64,000 nt of DNA from an uncultured Bacteroidota bacterium (GTDB lineage Bacteria; Bacteroidota; Bacteroidia; Flavobacteriales; BACL11), in NCBI GenBank assembly GCA_902587125.1, contig CACIJW010000001.1:205566-269565 (forward strand). Reading direction: 5' to 3'. The translations under genes were made by a program, and so were the position numbers. Shown here piece after piece: positions 29,940 through 39,807 of the stretch. Below the pieces are notes generated by a model. That model was not told the DNA's origin. It did not search any database and saw only the letters and a list, made by a program, of their open reading frames with translations. Position 1 is the stretch's first letter. Each line of letters begins with the position of its first letter.

Positions 29940-30606
29940 TGAACTTATTTACAACTATAACAAATTCTCCCTTTATTTTTTTATTTTCATAATATGAAAT
30001 CAAGTCTGTAATTTTTCCATTTTTTGTTTCCTCATAAATTTTAGATATTTCCTTGCTAACCGAGTAATCTCTCTGATCATTAAAAATCTCTTTAAAATCA
30101 TTTAAAGTTCTCAAAAGTCTATGAGGTGATTCATAAAAAATCATTGTCTTTTCTTCTTTAGAGACCTTCGTAAGAAAAGATTTTCTTCCTTTTTTTACAG
30201 GTATGAAGCCATAAAAAATAAAATTTTCACATGGAAATCCAGATTTGACCAAAGCAGGAATCAAAGCTGTCGGACCTGGCAAACACTCAACAATTATTTC
30301 ATTTTTGATGCATTCTCTTACCAAAAGGAATCCCGGATCAGAGATTGATGGGGTCCCCGCATCACTTACTAAACCGACTAGCTCATTGTTCTTAATTAAA
30401 TCAATACATTTTTGTAAATTTTTATGCTCATTGTATTGATGATATGAAACTATTTTTACTTTTATTGAAAGATGATTTAATAATTTCTTAGTTGTTCGTG
30501 TATCTTCCGCCAAAAGGATATCAATTCTGTTTAAAAGTTTGACTGCTCTAATTGTTATATCATCCAAGTTTCCTATTGGAGTTGGAATTATAATTAATCT
30601 ACTCAT
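29929..30606 (-). CDS. rsmI: 16S rRNA (cytidine-1402-2'-O)-methyltransferase
   Basis: PTPIGNLDDIT, AEDTR, SDAGTPSISDPG, YESPHR, IKGEFV. Confidence 0.97.
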   Translation of the reverse strand: MSRLIIIPTPIGNLDDITIRAVKLLNRIDILLAEDTRTTKKLLNHLSIKVKIVSYHQYNEHKNLQKCIDLIKNNELVGLVSDAGTPSISDPGFLLVRECIKNEIIVECLPGPTALIPALVKSGFPCENFIFYGFIPVKKGRKSFLTKVSKEEKTMIFYESPHRLLRTLNDFKEIFNDQRDYSVSKEISKIYEETKNGKITDLISYYENKKIKGEFVIVVNKFSDN

Positions 30607-30608
30607 AA

Positions 30609-31487
30609 CTAAAAGTAAAAAAAATGAAGTTTGTAACTTGGTGCAAATCTAATTGTTGGGCTTGGTAATTTAAAATAATCAATATAATAAATTATGTTTT
30701 TGACAAATTTATTATTTGATTTTCTAAAAATATGCTTTAGGTTATAATCCAAAGAAATATAATATTCTCTCAAACCGCCATCGATAGAGGAATTATTTAG
30801 AAACTGACTGTCATCTAGTCCTGTTCCAATAGCTAAATTGAAGTTTTTAAAAAATTCGAAATCTAATATCTTATTTAGTTTACATGTAAGCCAATAAGTT
30901 TGATTTACATAATCATTAAAAAACTCATAGCTGGATGCTAATTTTCCCCTTTCTTTTTCTAGCTGCCAATATTTATTACTTCTTTTAAAATAACTAAACT
31001 TAATATCTATATAGTTCAACTCGTTTGATTTCTTCTTTATATAATGAAAATAACTTCCCGCAGCTCCTGAGATTAAATCGTAAATACTGAAACCATAATT
31101 AGGAGAATAGGCATCTTTTACTTCAATAACTGACTGTATTAGTATTGAATTTCTTAGTGCCAATATCAAGGGCTTTTCTGAACCAGCCCACAAAAAGGCA
31201 TTATTAAACAATTTGTTAGTAAAATAGCCTCCATAAAAATGACCTACTTTATCAAGATTTTTAGCATAAGCAAAATCGTTATTAGAACTAAATGAGAATT
31301 GATTATTATTTTCACTCCACCAAACTCTATCTAAATAAAGATATGTAGCTCCACCTACCAAAAAAAAAGATGAATTCACAATACTTTCTTTTTTATTTTT
31401 TTCTAAATCATCATTAAAAAAAAGTTCTGACCCTGAAAGTGAATATGTAATGAAATTAACAACAAAAATTAAATATATATAATTCAA
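30609..31487 (-). CDS. DUF2279-like (YfiM-related) membrane/exported protein
   Basis: DKVGHFYGGY, EVKDAYS..YGFS..DL, DYVNQTYWL, REYYISLD, KLPSPT. Confidence 0.7.
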   Translation of the reverse strand: MNYIYLIFVVNFITYSLSGSELFFNDDLEKNKKESIVNSSFFLVGGATYLYLDRVWWSENNNQFSFSSNNDFAYAKNLDKVGHFYGGYFTNKLFNNAFLWAGSEKPLILALRNSILIQSVIEVKDAYSPNYGFSIYDLISGAAGSYFHYIKKKSNELNYIDIKFSYFKRSNKYWQLEKERGKLASSYEFFNDYVNQTYWLTCKLNKILDFEFFKNFNLAIGTGLDDSQFLNNSSIDGGLREYYISLDYNLKHIFRKSNNKFVKNIIYYIDYFKLPSPTIRFAPSYKLHFFYF

Positions 31488-31532
31488 TTATTCATATTTT
31501 TAGGCTTTAGTAAAAATAAAAAAACAAGCCAA

Positions 31533-32075
31533 ATGAAAAGTCACAAAGGTAAAATAGATATAATTTGTGGCTCTATGTTTTCTGGTAAAACAGAAGAGTT
31601 AATTCGCAGGCTGAAAAGGCTTGACTTTGCAAAAAAAAAATATAGACTATTTAAACCAATTGTTGATAATAGATATGACAATAATAAAGTCGTTTCACAT
31701 AATATGAACTCTGTTCAAGCAACTATCATCTCGAAATCAGAAGATATATATAAACATATTAAAAACGAAAAAGTTATTGCTATTGACGAGGCTCAATTTT
31801 TAGATGAAAATCTTTACGAAGTCTGCAAAAAACTTATACAAGATGGTATTGATATCATTTTAGCTGGATTAGATATGGATTACAAAGGCGAACCATTTGG
31901 CTCAATGCCAAAATTATTAGCTATATCTTATAACGTAAAAAAAATGCATGCAGTTTGTTTCAACTGTGGTGAAACTGCCAACTATACATATAGAATAAAT
32001 AATGACAAAAAACAAGTATTAATTGGTAGTAAAGAAAATTATAAAGCTCTTTGTAAAAACTGCTTTTTTAAATAA
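31533..32075 (+). CDS. tdk: Thymidine kinase
   Basis: GSMFSGKTEELIRR, IDEAQF, AGLDMDY, C-x2-C zinc pairs. Confidence 0.97.
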   Translation: MKSHKGKIDIICGSMFSGKTEELIRRLKRLDFAKKKYRLFKPIVDNRYDNNKVVSHNMNSVQATIISKSEDIYKHIKNEKVIAIDEAQFLDENLYEVCKKLIQDGIDIILAGLDMDYKGEPFGSMPKLLAISYNVKKMHAVCFNCGETANYTYRINNDKKQVLIGSKENYKALCKNCFFK

Positions 32076-32081
32076 GATAAA

Positions 32082-33146
32082 ATGAAAGCCAATTATGAGT
32101 CAGTTCTACACGTTAATTTAAATTTATTAGAATCAAATTTCAAGTTCTATAAAAAAAAGCTTGACGCTAGTACAAAAATAATTGCAGTGGTTAAAGCCTT
32201 TGCATATGGTCATGGTGATATAAAAATTTGCGAAGAGCTTGAAAAACTTAATGTTAGCTATTTTTGGGTTGCAGATTTTGAAGAAGCTATTCGAATTAGA
32301 AGAAATAATATCTCAACTCCAATAATTGTTGCTAACCCTGGATACAAAAATTATAATCTTTTTATTAAATATGACTTGGAGCCACTGATATTTAATTTTA
32401 AATCTCTAAATTACTTTAATCAAAATAAAAAGATTAATTGTCATATAAAATTCAATACTGGAATGAATCGTTTTGGATTTGAGAAGAATGATAAAGAAAT
32501 AATAATTAATTTTTTGAATCAAAATAAAAATATTAATGTAAAAACAATTTGTTCTCATTTAGCTGATTCAAATAATGAATCATTCACAAAAAATCAAATG
32601 AATAATTTTGATTTTATCTGTGATTATTTTACAAAAAATTACCACAGTAAGATTGAAAGACACTTATTTAACTCAAAAGCAACTATCAATTATAAAAATA
32701 AATATGAACTGGTTAGGCTAGGGATTGGCTTATTTGGTGTTACTAATAATAAAGGATTACATCAAATTTCTACTATGACTTCTGTTGTTTCACAAATTAA
32801 AATTATTAATAAAGGTGAATTTGTTGGTTATGGAATGAACCATTGCTCAAAGGAAAGAGTAAAAATCGGTATTATCCCATTTGGATATGCTGACGGCATA
32901 TATGAAAAAAAAAATAGTAACAACTACTATGTTTTTATAAAAAATAATAAATACAAAGTTATCGGTGACATTAGTATGGACTCGCTAGTTGTAAACTTGG
33001 AAAATTCCAAAATTGAAGAAGGAGATAAAGTGATTTTATTTGACTCTAGCTATACAATTAAAGAAATAGCTGAGAGCTGTAACACTTCAGAATATGAGAT
33101 GCTATCAAAACTCAACAGAAGAATCAAGCGTGAATACTATTCGTAA
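32082..33146 (+). CDS. alr: Alanine racemase (stand-alone)
   Basis: AVVKAFAYGHG (PLP Lys), HIKFNTGMNRFG, PFGYADG, ISMD, YEMLS. Confidence 0.93.
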   Translation: MKANYESVLHVNLNLLESNFKFYKKKLDASTKIIAVVKAFAYGHGDIKICEELEKLNVSYFWVADFEEAIRIRRNNISTPIIVANPGYKNYNLFIKYDLEPLIFNFKSLNYFNQNKKINCHIKFNTGMNRFGFEKNDKEIIINFLNQNKNINVKTICSHLADSNNESFTKNQMNNFDFICDYFTKNYHSKIERHLFNSKATINYKNKYELVRLGIGLFGVTNNKGLHQISTMTSVVSQIKIINKGEFVGYGMNHCSKERVKIGIIPFGYADGIYEKKNSNNYYVFIKNNKYKVIGDISMDSLVVNLENSKIEEGDKVILFDSSYTIKEIAESCNTSEYEMLSKLNRRIKREYYS

Positions 33147-34312
33147 TTAACGGAAATTATGAAAAGATAAATATATGCTATTGAAATAATAAAAATTAGC
33201 ATATAACTGTCAAAAAGCATCAAAGCTGTATATGAGACCACTAAGTTTCTGCTAAAAAACTCATGAGCTTTAGTTTTTAATTTACAATACATTGAATAAA
33301 AAAAATAACTTAATGCAATAAAGCCTAAAACTCCTATTTCAAAAAAGATATATAAATAATTATTGTGAGGAGTTATATGATTTTCATCAATTGAATTGAA
33401 ATAATCGAAACTTTCATTCATTTCTGATCTCCAAGAGCCTGTTCCATGACCAATTAAACTCTTCGCAGGTTTTTCACAAATTTTATTTAATGTGCTCTTC
33501 CAAAAAATATATCTATAATCATTGTTTTTTTCGGCTGATTGAAATTTAAAAGCCAATTCATTAACTCGATAATTAAAGTTAGGTGAATAGTTATACGATA
33601 TAAATAAAGTAACGATTAGAAAAAAAATCACATAGATTGATTCTCTTTTCTTTTTAATAGCTGAGTCTATGCTCAACAGTGTTAAGAATAAAATAAAAAC
33701 AATTTGACCTGCCCTTCCAGCCTCTGAAAATAAACCGAATATTAATAGAGTTATAAATAAGATTAGCAAATAAATCTTAGGCCCAGCTAACTTTTTAGTT
33801 AAATAAAAACAAATGATTAGAGAAAAGGAAACTAAAATATTATGATAATTATAAAGATGAGTAGATGGATAAAGCGCTAGAGGATGAGAGTTTTTAAACA
33901 AAGAAGGGAAATACTCAAAAATATGTGCAGTAACTCCCAATTGGTTAAGTACAGACATAATAACCATTAAAAAAACTGAGGCTAAAAATGCGAAGATGCC
34001 TCTTGAATAGCTTTCTTTCTTCAAATCCATTAGAAAAAGAATTGGTAGAAATAACCATACGCTTAAAGTATTAAAAACTTCTTTTGTATTTTGGCTAAAT
34101 TGTCCATCAATTGAGCCCAAAATATATAGAACAAAAATTAGAAACAAAGCTAGCAACCATTTTTCTGTCTTTAAAAATTTTATTTTTTGATAGTCCTTAT
34201 CTAATATAAAAAGAATTAGTAATAGAAATAGTGTAATGTATGTAAGAGAAATCGAAATTGGTATTGAAAAACCTAGAAGTGCAAATGAATAATTTTTTAT
34301 TCTATTAATCAA
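33137..34312 (-). CDS. O-antigen ligase (Wzy_C)-like membrane protein (start uncertain; TTG at 34312 likely)
   Basis: About 11 TM helices; GRAGQ, R..FWK, IGHGTG, PHNNYL..FEIGVLG. Confidence 0.75.
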   Translation of the reverse strand: MINRIKNYSFALLGFSIPISISLTYITLFLLLILFILDKDYQKIKFLKTEKWLLALFLIFVLYILGSIDGQFSQNTKEVFNTLSVWLFLPILFLMDLKKESYSRGIFAFLASVFLMVIMSVLNQLGVTAHIFEYFPSLFKNSHPLALYPSTHLYNYHNILVSFSLIICFYLTKKLAGPKIYLLILFITLLIFGLFSEAGRAGQIVFILFLTLLSIDSAIKKKRESIYVIFFLIVTLFISYNYSPNFNYRVNELAFKFQSAEKNNDYRYIFWKSTLNKICEKPAKSLIGHGTGSWRSEMNESFDYFNSIDENHITPHNNYLYIFFEIGVLGFIALSYFFYSMYCKLKTKAHEFFSRNLVVSYTALMLFDSYMLIFIISIAYIYLFIISVNYE

Positions 34313-35945
34313 TATTTGATAAAATTTGTTTGTAATTGGTGCTATCACTAATAACTGAAATGGCTTGCAATACATCTTTATCATAATTTAATGAAGACTG
34401 TATCCTGCCTTTTTGATAATAATATCTGCTTACTATTTCATTCGCTAAAATTTCCTTGATGAAATCTTTATTTTTTTCCAAATCATCACTTTTTGCATCC
34501 TCTATCTTATTAACCAATAGATCAAAGTCATTTTTCATAGATTCGAAGTAATTTTCATCTTTAGCAACTTTTTTTAACTTTTTATACGCTTTTTCTGTGT
34601 CTGTTTCATATTCGTATTCTTTGTCTGAAAGGAAATTTTTAAAATCTAAAAACATTTCATCCGTAATTTTAAAATCTTTAGCTGATAAAATATTTTCATT
34701 TTTAAGCCTAAATTCTGTGGCATAATCAAAAAATAATCTTTCTCTAAAAAGAGATAATAATATTTTACTTGATGTTTCACTTTCAATTACTAAATCAGGT
34801 GTAATACCACCACCATCATAAACTTTTCTATTATTTTTTGTTCTAAATTCAGTTGATAGTGAATCGGCAATTTTACCTACACTTCCATCTTCATTTCTAT
34901 TAGAGTAATCTAATGCTTGTATACATCTTCCGCTAGGAATATAATATTTTGCTACAGTTAACTTGAGTTGAGAGTTGTAGCTTAATTTTCTAGTTTGTTG
35001 TACCAATCCTTTACCAAAGCTTCTTTTGCCAACGATTACAGCCCTATCTAGATCCTGCAGTGAGCCAGAGACAATTTCAGAAGCAGATGCAGATGATTGA
35101 TCAATTAAAACTACTAAAGGTATTTCTGTATCAATTGGTTTACTCGTCGCTGTATAGACCTTTTCCCAAGACTTGATTTTTCCTTTTGTACTGACAATAT
35201 CTTCACCTTGATTTACAAAGAAGTTTGCAATTTTCACAGACTCATTTAATAAGCCGCCAGGATTACCCCTTAAATCAAGAATCAAGCTTGTAGCACTTTG
35301 CTCTTTTAACTTAAGTATTGCATTTTTAAGATCATTGCTGCAATTTCTAGTAAAACTCCTAAGCTTAACATATCCTACATTATTTTCTAATAATCCAAAG
35401 TAAGGAACACTGCCAACAGTAACTTTCTCTCTTTTAAAACTAACTTCAAAAGGGTCATTTATATATTTTCGTTCTATTAAGATTGAAACGTTTGTGTTAG
35501 GTTGTCCTTTTAAAAGTTTACTTACTTCCTCTGTACTTTTTCCTTTAACTGAAATATTATTTACCTTTAATATTTTATCTCCGGCCATAAGTCCTGATTT
35601 TTGAGCAGGAAACCCCTCATATGGTTCAGAAATGTAAACATATTCATCTCTTTTTGTAATCATTGCTCCAATACCTCCGTATTGACCAGTTGTCATAAAT
35701 TGGAAATCCTCTATTTCAGACTCAGGGATATAGTTCGTATATGGATCAAGAGTTTGAAGCATTTCATCCATTGCAGATTTGATTAATTTTCCCGGATCAG
35801 TTTCGTCTACATAATAAGTATTCAGTTCTTTATAAAGATCCGTGAAAATTTCTAAATTTTTTGCTATTTCAAAATAATCAGATTTAAAACTAAGCAATGT
35901 TAGTGATGAAATAAATAGCGAAATAAATATTAATTTTTTCTTCAT
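34305..35945 (-). CDS. ctpA: S41 family carboxy-terminal processing protease
   Basis: LDPYT, YGGIG PDZ, LDLRGNPGGLL, SASASEIVSG, RSFGKGLVQ, KYYIPSGR. Confidence 0.93.
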   Translation of the reverse strand: MKKKLIFISLFISSLTLLSFKSDYFEIAKNLEIFTDLYKELNTYYVDETDPGKLIKSAMDEMLQTLDPYTNYIPESEIEDFQFMTTGQYGGIGAMITKRDEYVYISEPYEGFPAQKSGLMAGDKILKVNNISVKGKSTEEVSKLLKGQPNTNVSILIERKYINDPFEVSFKREKVTVGSVPYFGLLENNVGYVKLRSFTRNCSNDLKNAILKLKEQSATSLILDLRGNPGGLLNESVKIANFFVNQGEDIVSTKGKIKSWEKVYTATSKPIDTEIPLVVLIDQSSASASEIVSGSLQDLDRAVIVGKRSFGKGLVQQTRKLSYNSQLKLTVAKYYIPSGRCIQALDYSNRNEDGSVGKIADSLSTEFRTKNNRKVYDGGGITPDLVIESETSSKILLSLFRERLFFDYATEFRLKNENILSAKDFKITDEMFLDFKNFLSDKEYEYETDTEKAYKKLKKVAKDENYFESMKNDFDLLVNKIEDAKSDDLEKNKDFIKEILANEIVSRYYYQKGRIQSSLNYDKDVLQAISVISDSTNYKQILSNID

Positions 35946-35957
35946 TTTCTTAGTTTT

Positions 35958-36179
35958 TTATGGTACTGGATCATGCCCATGTCCGCCCCAGGGATGGCAA
36001 GATAAAATTCGTTTAATAGTTAAAAACAATGCTTTCAAAACATTATGTTTTTTAAAACACTGAAGTGAATATTTTGAACAAGTTGGGCTATATCTACAGC
36101 TCATTGGATAGTAAGGAGAAATTACTTTTTGATAAAACAAAATCATCATAACGAATGGAAAAGAAAAAATTTTATTCAT
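35958..36179 (-). CDS. yidD: Membrane protein insertion efficiency factor
   Basis: YQKVISP, CRYSPTCS.Y, RILSCHPWGGHGHDPVP. Confidence 0.95.
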   Translation of the reverse strand: MNKIFSFPFVMMILFYQKVISPYYPMSCRYSPTCSKYSLQCFKKHNVLKALFLTIKRILSCHPWGGHGHDPVP

Positions 36180-36534
36180 CTACAATTAAACGAGTTAAAA
36201 TTAAGTTTATTTTGTCTTTTAAATAATCAAAATCATAAATAATACTGCTATTGTAAATAATTGCAATATGATAGTTTTTTTTTTGTTCAGATATTTTATT
36301 TTTCAGTTCTGCAACACACTCTCTCACTGAATTTTTCATCAACCTTTTTATTTTGTTTCTATTTACAGCTTTTGGTAAATGTTTTTTTTTAACACTGACT
36401 ACAAAATTAATATCATTAACTTCATTTACTTGCAAAAATCTTACTGATAATGGGTGTTCTTTGAAGTATTTACCATTTTTAAAAATAGAGTCAATTAATT
36501 TTTTTCGTTTTAAAAAAAGATGATTTTTTTTCAA
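36172..36534 (-). CDS. rnpA: Ribonuclease P protein component (probable TTG at 36534)
   Basis: LKRKKLIDSIFKNG, SVKKK..KAVNRNKIKRLMK (RNR-like motif); adjacent to yidD. Confidence 0.85.
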   Translation of the reverse strand: MKKNHLFLKRKKLIDSIFKNGKYFKEHPLSVRFLQVNEVNDINFVVSVKKKHLPKAVNRNKIKRLMKNSVRECVAELKNKISEQKKNYHIAIIYNSSIIYDFDYLKDKINLILTRLIVDE

Positions 36535-36538
36535 GAGT

Positions 36539-37306
36539 TTACTTTCTTCTCTTGTTTGCCTCTTTAATATATTGGTCAAGAGCCATAGACATAGATGTTG
36601 CAGTTTTACTTGGAACAACAATATCAGCTATTAACTTATTTTCTTTAAGAGAGTTTAATGTTGTTTTACCAAATACAGCTATTCTAGTTTCATTTTGTTC
36701 AAAATCTGGAAAATTTTGTTTTAACGATGTTATACCTGTAGGACTAAAAAAAACTAAAATATCATATTTCACATCACTTAAGTCGCTTAAATCAGAGCAG
36801 ACAACCTTGTACATTTGTGCCTTAGTGTATTCTAATCCACTTTTTTCTAATGAAGGATTTGGTCTTTCTTTTAGAACATTTGAACAAGGATACAGGAATT
36901 TACTTTCTGGAAATTTTTTCATTAATGGAATCAAGCTTGCAAAACTTTGCTCTCCAATAAAAATCTTTCTTTTTCTGTAGGTGATAAAATTTTGCAGATA
37001 GTGAGCTATCGCTTCAGAAACACAAAAGTATTTTGTTGTATCTGGTACTCTAAGCCTCATTTTTTCACAAAGGCCAAAATAATGATCCATAGAGTTTTTA
37101 CTTGTGAAAAGTACTGAATCATGATTAAGAATACTGATTCTTTGTTGTTTAAATTCAATAGCAGATATCTCTTCAACATTGATAAATGGTCTGAAGTCGA
37201 TTTTTAATTTATATTTTCTCTCAATTAATGCGTATGGTGACCTTCCCTCAGGCTTAGGCTGAGAAATCAATATCGTTTTTACTTTTTTATGTCTGGGATC
37301 AAGCAT
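36539..37306 (-). CDS. hemD: Uroporphyrinogen-III synthase
   Basis: KTILISQPKP, IDFRPFI, LFTSKN, DILVFFSPTGI, AVFGKTT. Confidence 0.88.
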   Translation of the reverse strand: MLDPRHKKVKTILISQPKPEGRSPYALIERKYKLKIDFRPFINVEEISAIEFKQQRISILNHDSVLFTSKNSMDHYFGLCEKMRLRVPDTTKYFCVSEAIAHYLQNFITYRKRKIFIGEQSFASLIPLMKKFPESKFLYPCSNVLKERPNPSLEKSGLEYTKAQMYKVVCSDLSDLSDVKYDILVFFSPTGITSLKQNFPDFEQNETRIAVFGKTTLNSLKENKLIADIVVPSKTATSMSMALDQYIKEANKRRK

Positions 37307-37309
37307 ATA

Positions 37310-37951
37310 CTAATAAAAAATACCTTTAGCTATTAGAGAAAAAGGTATAATTTCAGTTATGCAAAGATACAAAATTATATACACAGTTGAAATACCAATT
37401 GTGTTTGAAAGTATTTTATAAATCCAGTAAAGTTTATATATTATAATAAGATACAGAAATATTAAACATAAATTAACTATGTAATCATTAAATGAAATAA
37501 TTGAGAAAAAATAAATTATTAATAATGGTGTGATAATTACAGAAAAAAATTTTTCATGTAAGAAAGTATGAAAGATTGAAAACTTAGTTAGTTCACCTAT
37601 ATTAAATATTTTACAAAGAAGTTTTACTGTAAAGTATTTTATGCAATAAAATAAAATTACAAAAGAGAGAATTTTTAGAAAATTACAATAACTATAGTCT
37701 TCTTTAAGAATAAGAAGCAATATTGAAATATTAAATATTAAAATAGTATTTATGATATAGTTTACTCGCTCTGAAAAAACATTATCTTTTTTTAAAAATT
37801 TAGCCGAACTCTTTTTATCGAAAGTTGACAAAAAAAACATTTTTGACAAATCTTTATATCTAGATTTTAAAATTGATAGAAGGAAGACAATAAAAACAAA
37901 AATTATAAAATATAATTCATTATTTAGCTCTATATTTTTTACTGCTTCCAT
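37310..37951 (-). CDS. DUF4271 family membrane protein (probable ATG at 37951)
   Basis: Multi-TM; C-terminal YIILYLCITEIIP; usual upstream neighbour of hemD; TATATTTA-catt-ATG precedes this start. Confidence 0.7.
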   Translation of the reverse strand: MEAVKNIELNNELYFIIFVFIVFLLSILKSRYKDLSKMFFLSTFDKKSSAKFLKKDNVFSERVNYIINTILIFNISILLLILKEDYSYCNFLKILSFVILFYCIKYFTVKLLCKIFNIGELTKFSIFHTFLHEKFFSVIITPLLIIYFFSIISFNDYIVNLCLIFLYLIIIYKLYWIYKILSNTIGISTVYIILYLCITEIIPFSLIAKGIFY

Positions 37952-37955
37952 AATG

Positions 37956-37963
37956 TAAATATA
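37956..37963 (-). promoter_or_regulatory. Variant -7 element TAtaTTTA, 4 nt before ATG 37951
   Basis: One mismatch to TAnnTTTG; same spacing as five exact cases. Confidence 0.4.
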
Positions 37964-38011
37964 GTTTAGTTTAATTAGTAATTTGCAGTGCTTGATTTGA
38001 ATATAATTCAA

Positions 38012-38019
38012 TATTTTTG
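38012..38019 (+). promoter_or_regulatory. -7 element TAttTTTG upstream of gcdH
   Basis: Exact motif 12 nt before ATG 38032. Confidence 0.55.
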
Positions 38020-38031
38020 AAAAAAAAATAC

Positions 38032-39210
38032 ATGAAACCAGATTTATTTACATCTCCCGATTACTTTCATCTTAATGAGCTCCTTACTGAGGAACATAGA
38101 TTAATAAGAGACACATCTAGAGAATGGGTTAAAAAAGAAGTTTCTCCCATTATCGAAGAAGCTTGTCAAAAAGCTAAATTTCCTGATCAAATTTTGAAAG
38201 GCTTAGCAGAAATTGGAGCATTTGGTCCATATATTCCAGCTGAGTATGGAGGTGCCGGATTAGATCAAGTCTCATATGGCTTAATTATGCAAGAGTTAGA
38301 AAGAGGAGATAGTGGAATACGATCAACCGCTTCCGTCCAATCATCACTTGTCATGTATCCTATCTATAAGTATGGTAATGAAGAACAAAGAAAAAGATTT
38401 TTACCAAGGCTTGCCAGCGGCGAGCTAATAGGATGTTTTGGTTTAACTGAAGCTGATCATGGATCTAATCCTGGTGGCATGACAACAAATTTTAAAGATT
38501 GTGGAGATTACTTTTTACTTAATGGCGCTAAACTTTGGATATCTAATTCCCCATTTGCAGATATAGCTATCGTTTGGGCTAAGAATGAAGAAGGCAGAAT
38601 AAAAGGGCTGATTGTTGAAAGGGGTATGGATGGCTTTACAACGCCGGAAACTCATGGAAAATGGAGCCTAAGAGCATCGGCAACTGGCGAGCTTGTTTTT
38701 GACAATGTAAAAGTTCCAAAGCAAAATTTACTACCAAACAAAGATGGGCTTGGAGCACCTCTTGGATGCCTAGACTCTGCTAGATACGGAATTGCGTGGG
38801 GTGCAATTGGAGCTGCAATGGATTGCTACGACACAGCGCTAAGATACTCCAAGGAAAGACACCAGTTCGGTAAACCAATTGGTTCATTTCAACTGCAACA
38901 GAAAAAACTTGCTGAAATGATAACTGAAATAACTAAAGCTCAATTTTTGACTTGGAGGCTTGGGGTACTTAAAAATGAAGATCGAGCTAGCACTGCTCAA
39001 ATCTCAATGTGCAAAAGAAACAATGTTGACATGGCTTTGAAAATTGCAAGAGAATCTAGACAAATTTTAGGAGGTATGGGTATAACTGGAGATTATCCAA
39101 TAATGAGACACATGATGAATTTAGAGTCTGTTGTTACTTATGAGGGAACTCATGATATTCACCTATTAATAACTGGACTAGATATTACAGGGCTTAATGC
39201 GTTCAAATAA
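38032..39210 (+). CDS. gcdH: Acyl-CoA dehydrogenase, glutaryl-CoA dehydrogenase type (probable ATG at 38032)
   Basis: ELERGDSGIRSTASVQSSLVMYPI (GCDH-type Arg), GCFGLTE..HGSNP, WISNSP, ARYGIAWGA, TYEGTHDIH. Confidence 0.85.
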   Translation: MKPDLFTSPDYFHLNELLTEEHRLIRDTSREWVKKEVSPIIEEACQKAKFPDQILKGLAEIGAFGPYIPAEYGGAGLDQVSYGLIMQELERGDSGIRSTASVQSSLVMYPIYKYGNEEQRKRFLPRLASGELIGCFGLTEADHGSNPGGMTTNFKDCGDYFLLNGAKLWISNSPFADIAIVWAKNEEGRIKGLIVERGMDGFTTPETHGKWSLRASATGELVFDNVKVPKQNLLPNKDGLGAPLGCLDSARYGIAWGAIGAAMDCYDTALRYSKERHQFGKPIGSFQLQQKKLAEMITEITKAQFLTWRLGVLKNEDRASTAQISMCKRNNVDMALKIARESRQILGGMGITGDYPIMRHMMNLESVVTYEGTHDIHLLITGLDITGLNAFK

Positions 39211-39763
39211 TTTTTGCTATCTCATCCAGCTTTTTGTACCAGTCCTTACCATATTTTCTGATAAGTGCGTTTTTAAGAAATTTATATAATGGGGTTTTTT
39301 TGGATATTCCGCATGTAAAACCAGAGCTGCATATTTTAAGCTTTTCGATATTTAAAGCATCAAATGATTCATAATTAGTAATTCTTACTGGAAACAAATG
39401 ACAAGAGATTGGTTTATTAAAATCAATATCACCATTTTTATAAGCTTTTTCAATAGAGCATTTATTTATCCCTTTTTCAGAAAAAACAAATACGCATTGT
39501 TTATCATTAACTAAAGTTGTAGTTAAGTCTCCTTCACTATCTACTACCGAAACCCCTCTTTGATTCACCTCATCTATTCCCTCTTTTGACATGTATTTTT
39601 TAATTATTTTGAGGCTTTTGTTAATCATTTTTACTTCATCAACAGTAACAGGAGCACCAGAATCCCCAATCACACAGCACATGCCTTTGCATGAAGATAG
39701 CTCACAAGCAAATTTTTCCTCTAATAATTCTTTACTAAAAATTTTTCCGTCAAGTTCAATCAT
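39203..39763 (-). CDS. DUF3109 family Cys-rich protein
   Basis: FAC.LSSCKGMCCVIGDSGAP, CVF, CSIEKAY, KPISCHLFPVRI. Confidence 0.88.
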   Translation of the reverse strand: MIELDGKIFSKELLEEKFACELSSCKGMCCVIGDSGAPVTVDEVKMINKSLKIIKKYMSKEGIDEVNQRGVSVVDSEGDLTTTLVNDKQCVFVFSEKGINKCSIEKAYKNGDIDFNKPISCHLFPVRITNYESFDALNIEKLKICSSGFTCGISKKTPLYKFLKNALIRKYGKDWYKKLDEIAKII

Positions 39764-39767
39764 GCAA

Positions 39768-39775
39768 CTAAATTA
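39768..39775 (-). promoter_or_regulatory. Variant -7 element TAatTTAG, 4 nt before ATG 39763
   Basis: Reverse complement TAATTTAG-ttgc-ATG. Confidence 0.4.
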
Positions 39776-39795
39776 AAAAAACAATCATAATTTTA

Positions 39796-39803
39796 TACTT
39801 TTG
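39796..39803 (+). promoter_or_regulatory. -7 element TActTTTG, 4 nt before glyS ATG
   Basis: TACTTTTG-ttga-ATG(39808). Confidence 0.6.
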
Positions 39804-39807
39804 TTGA

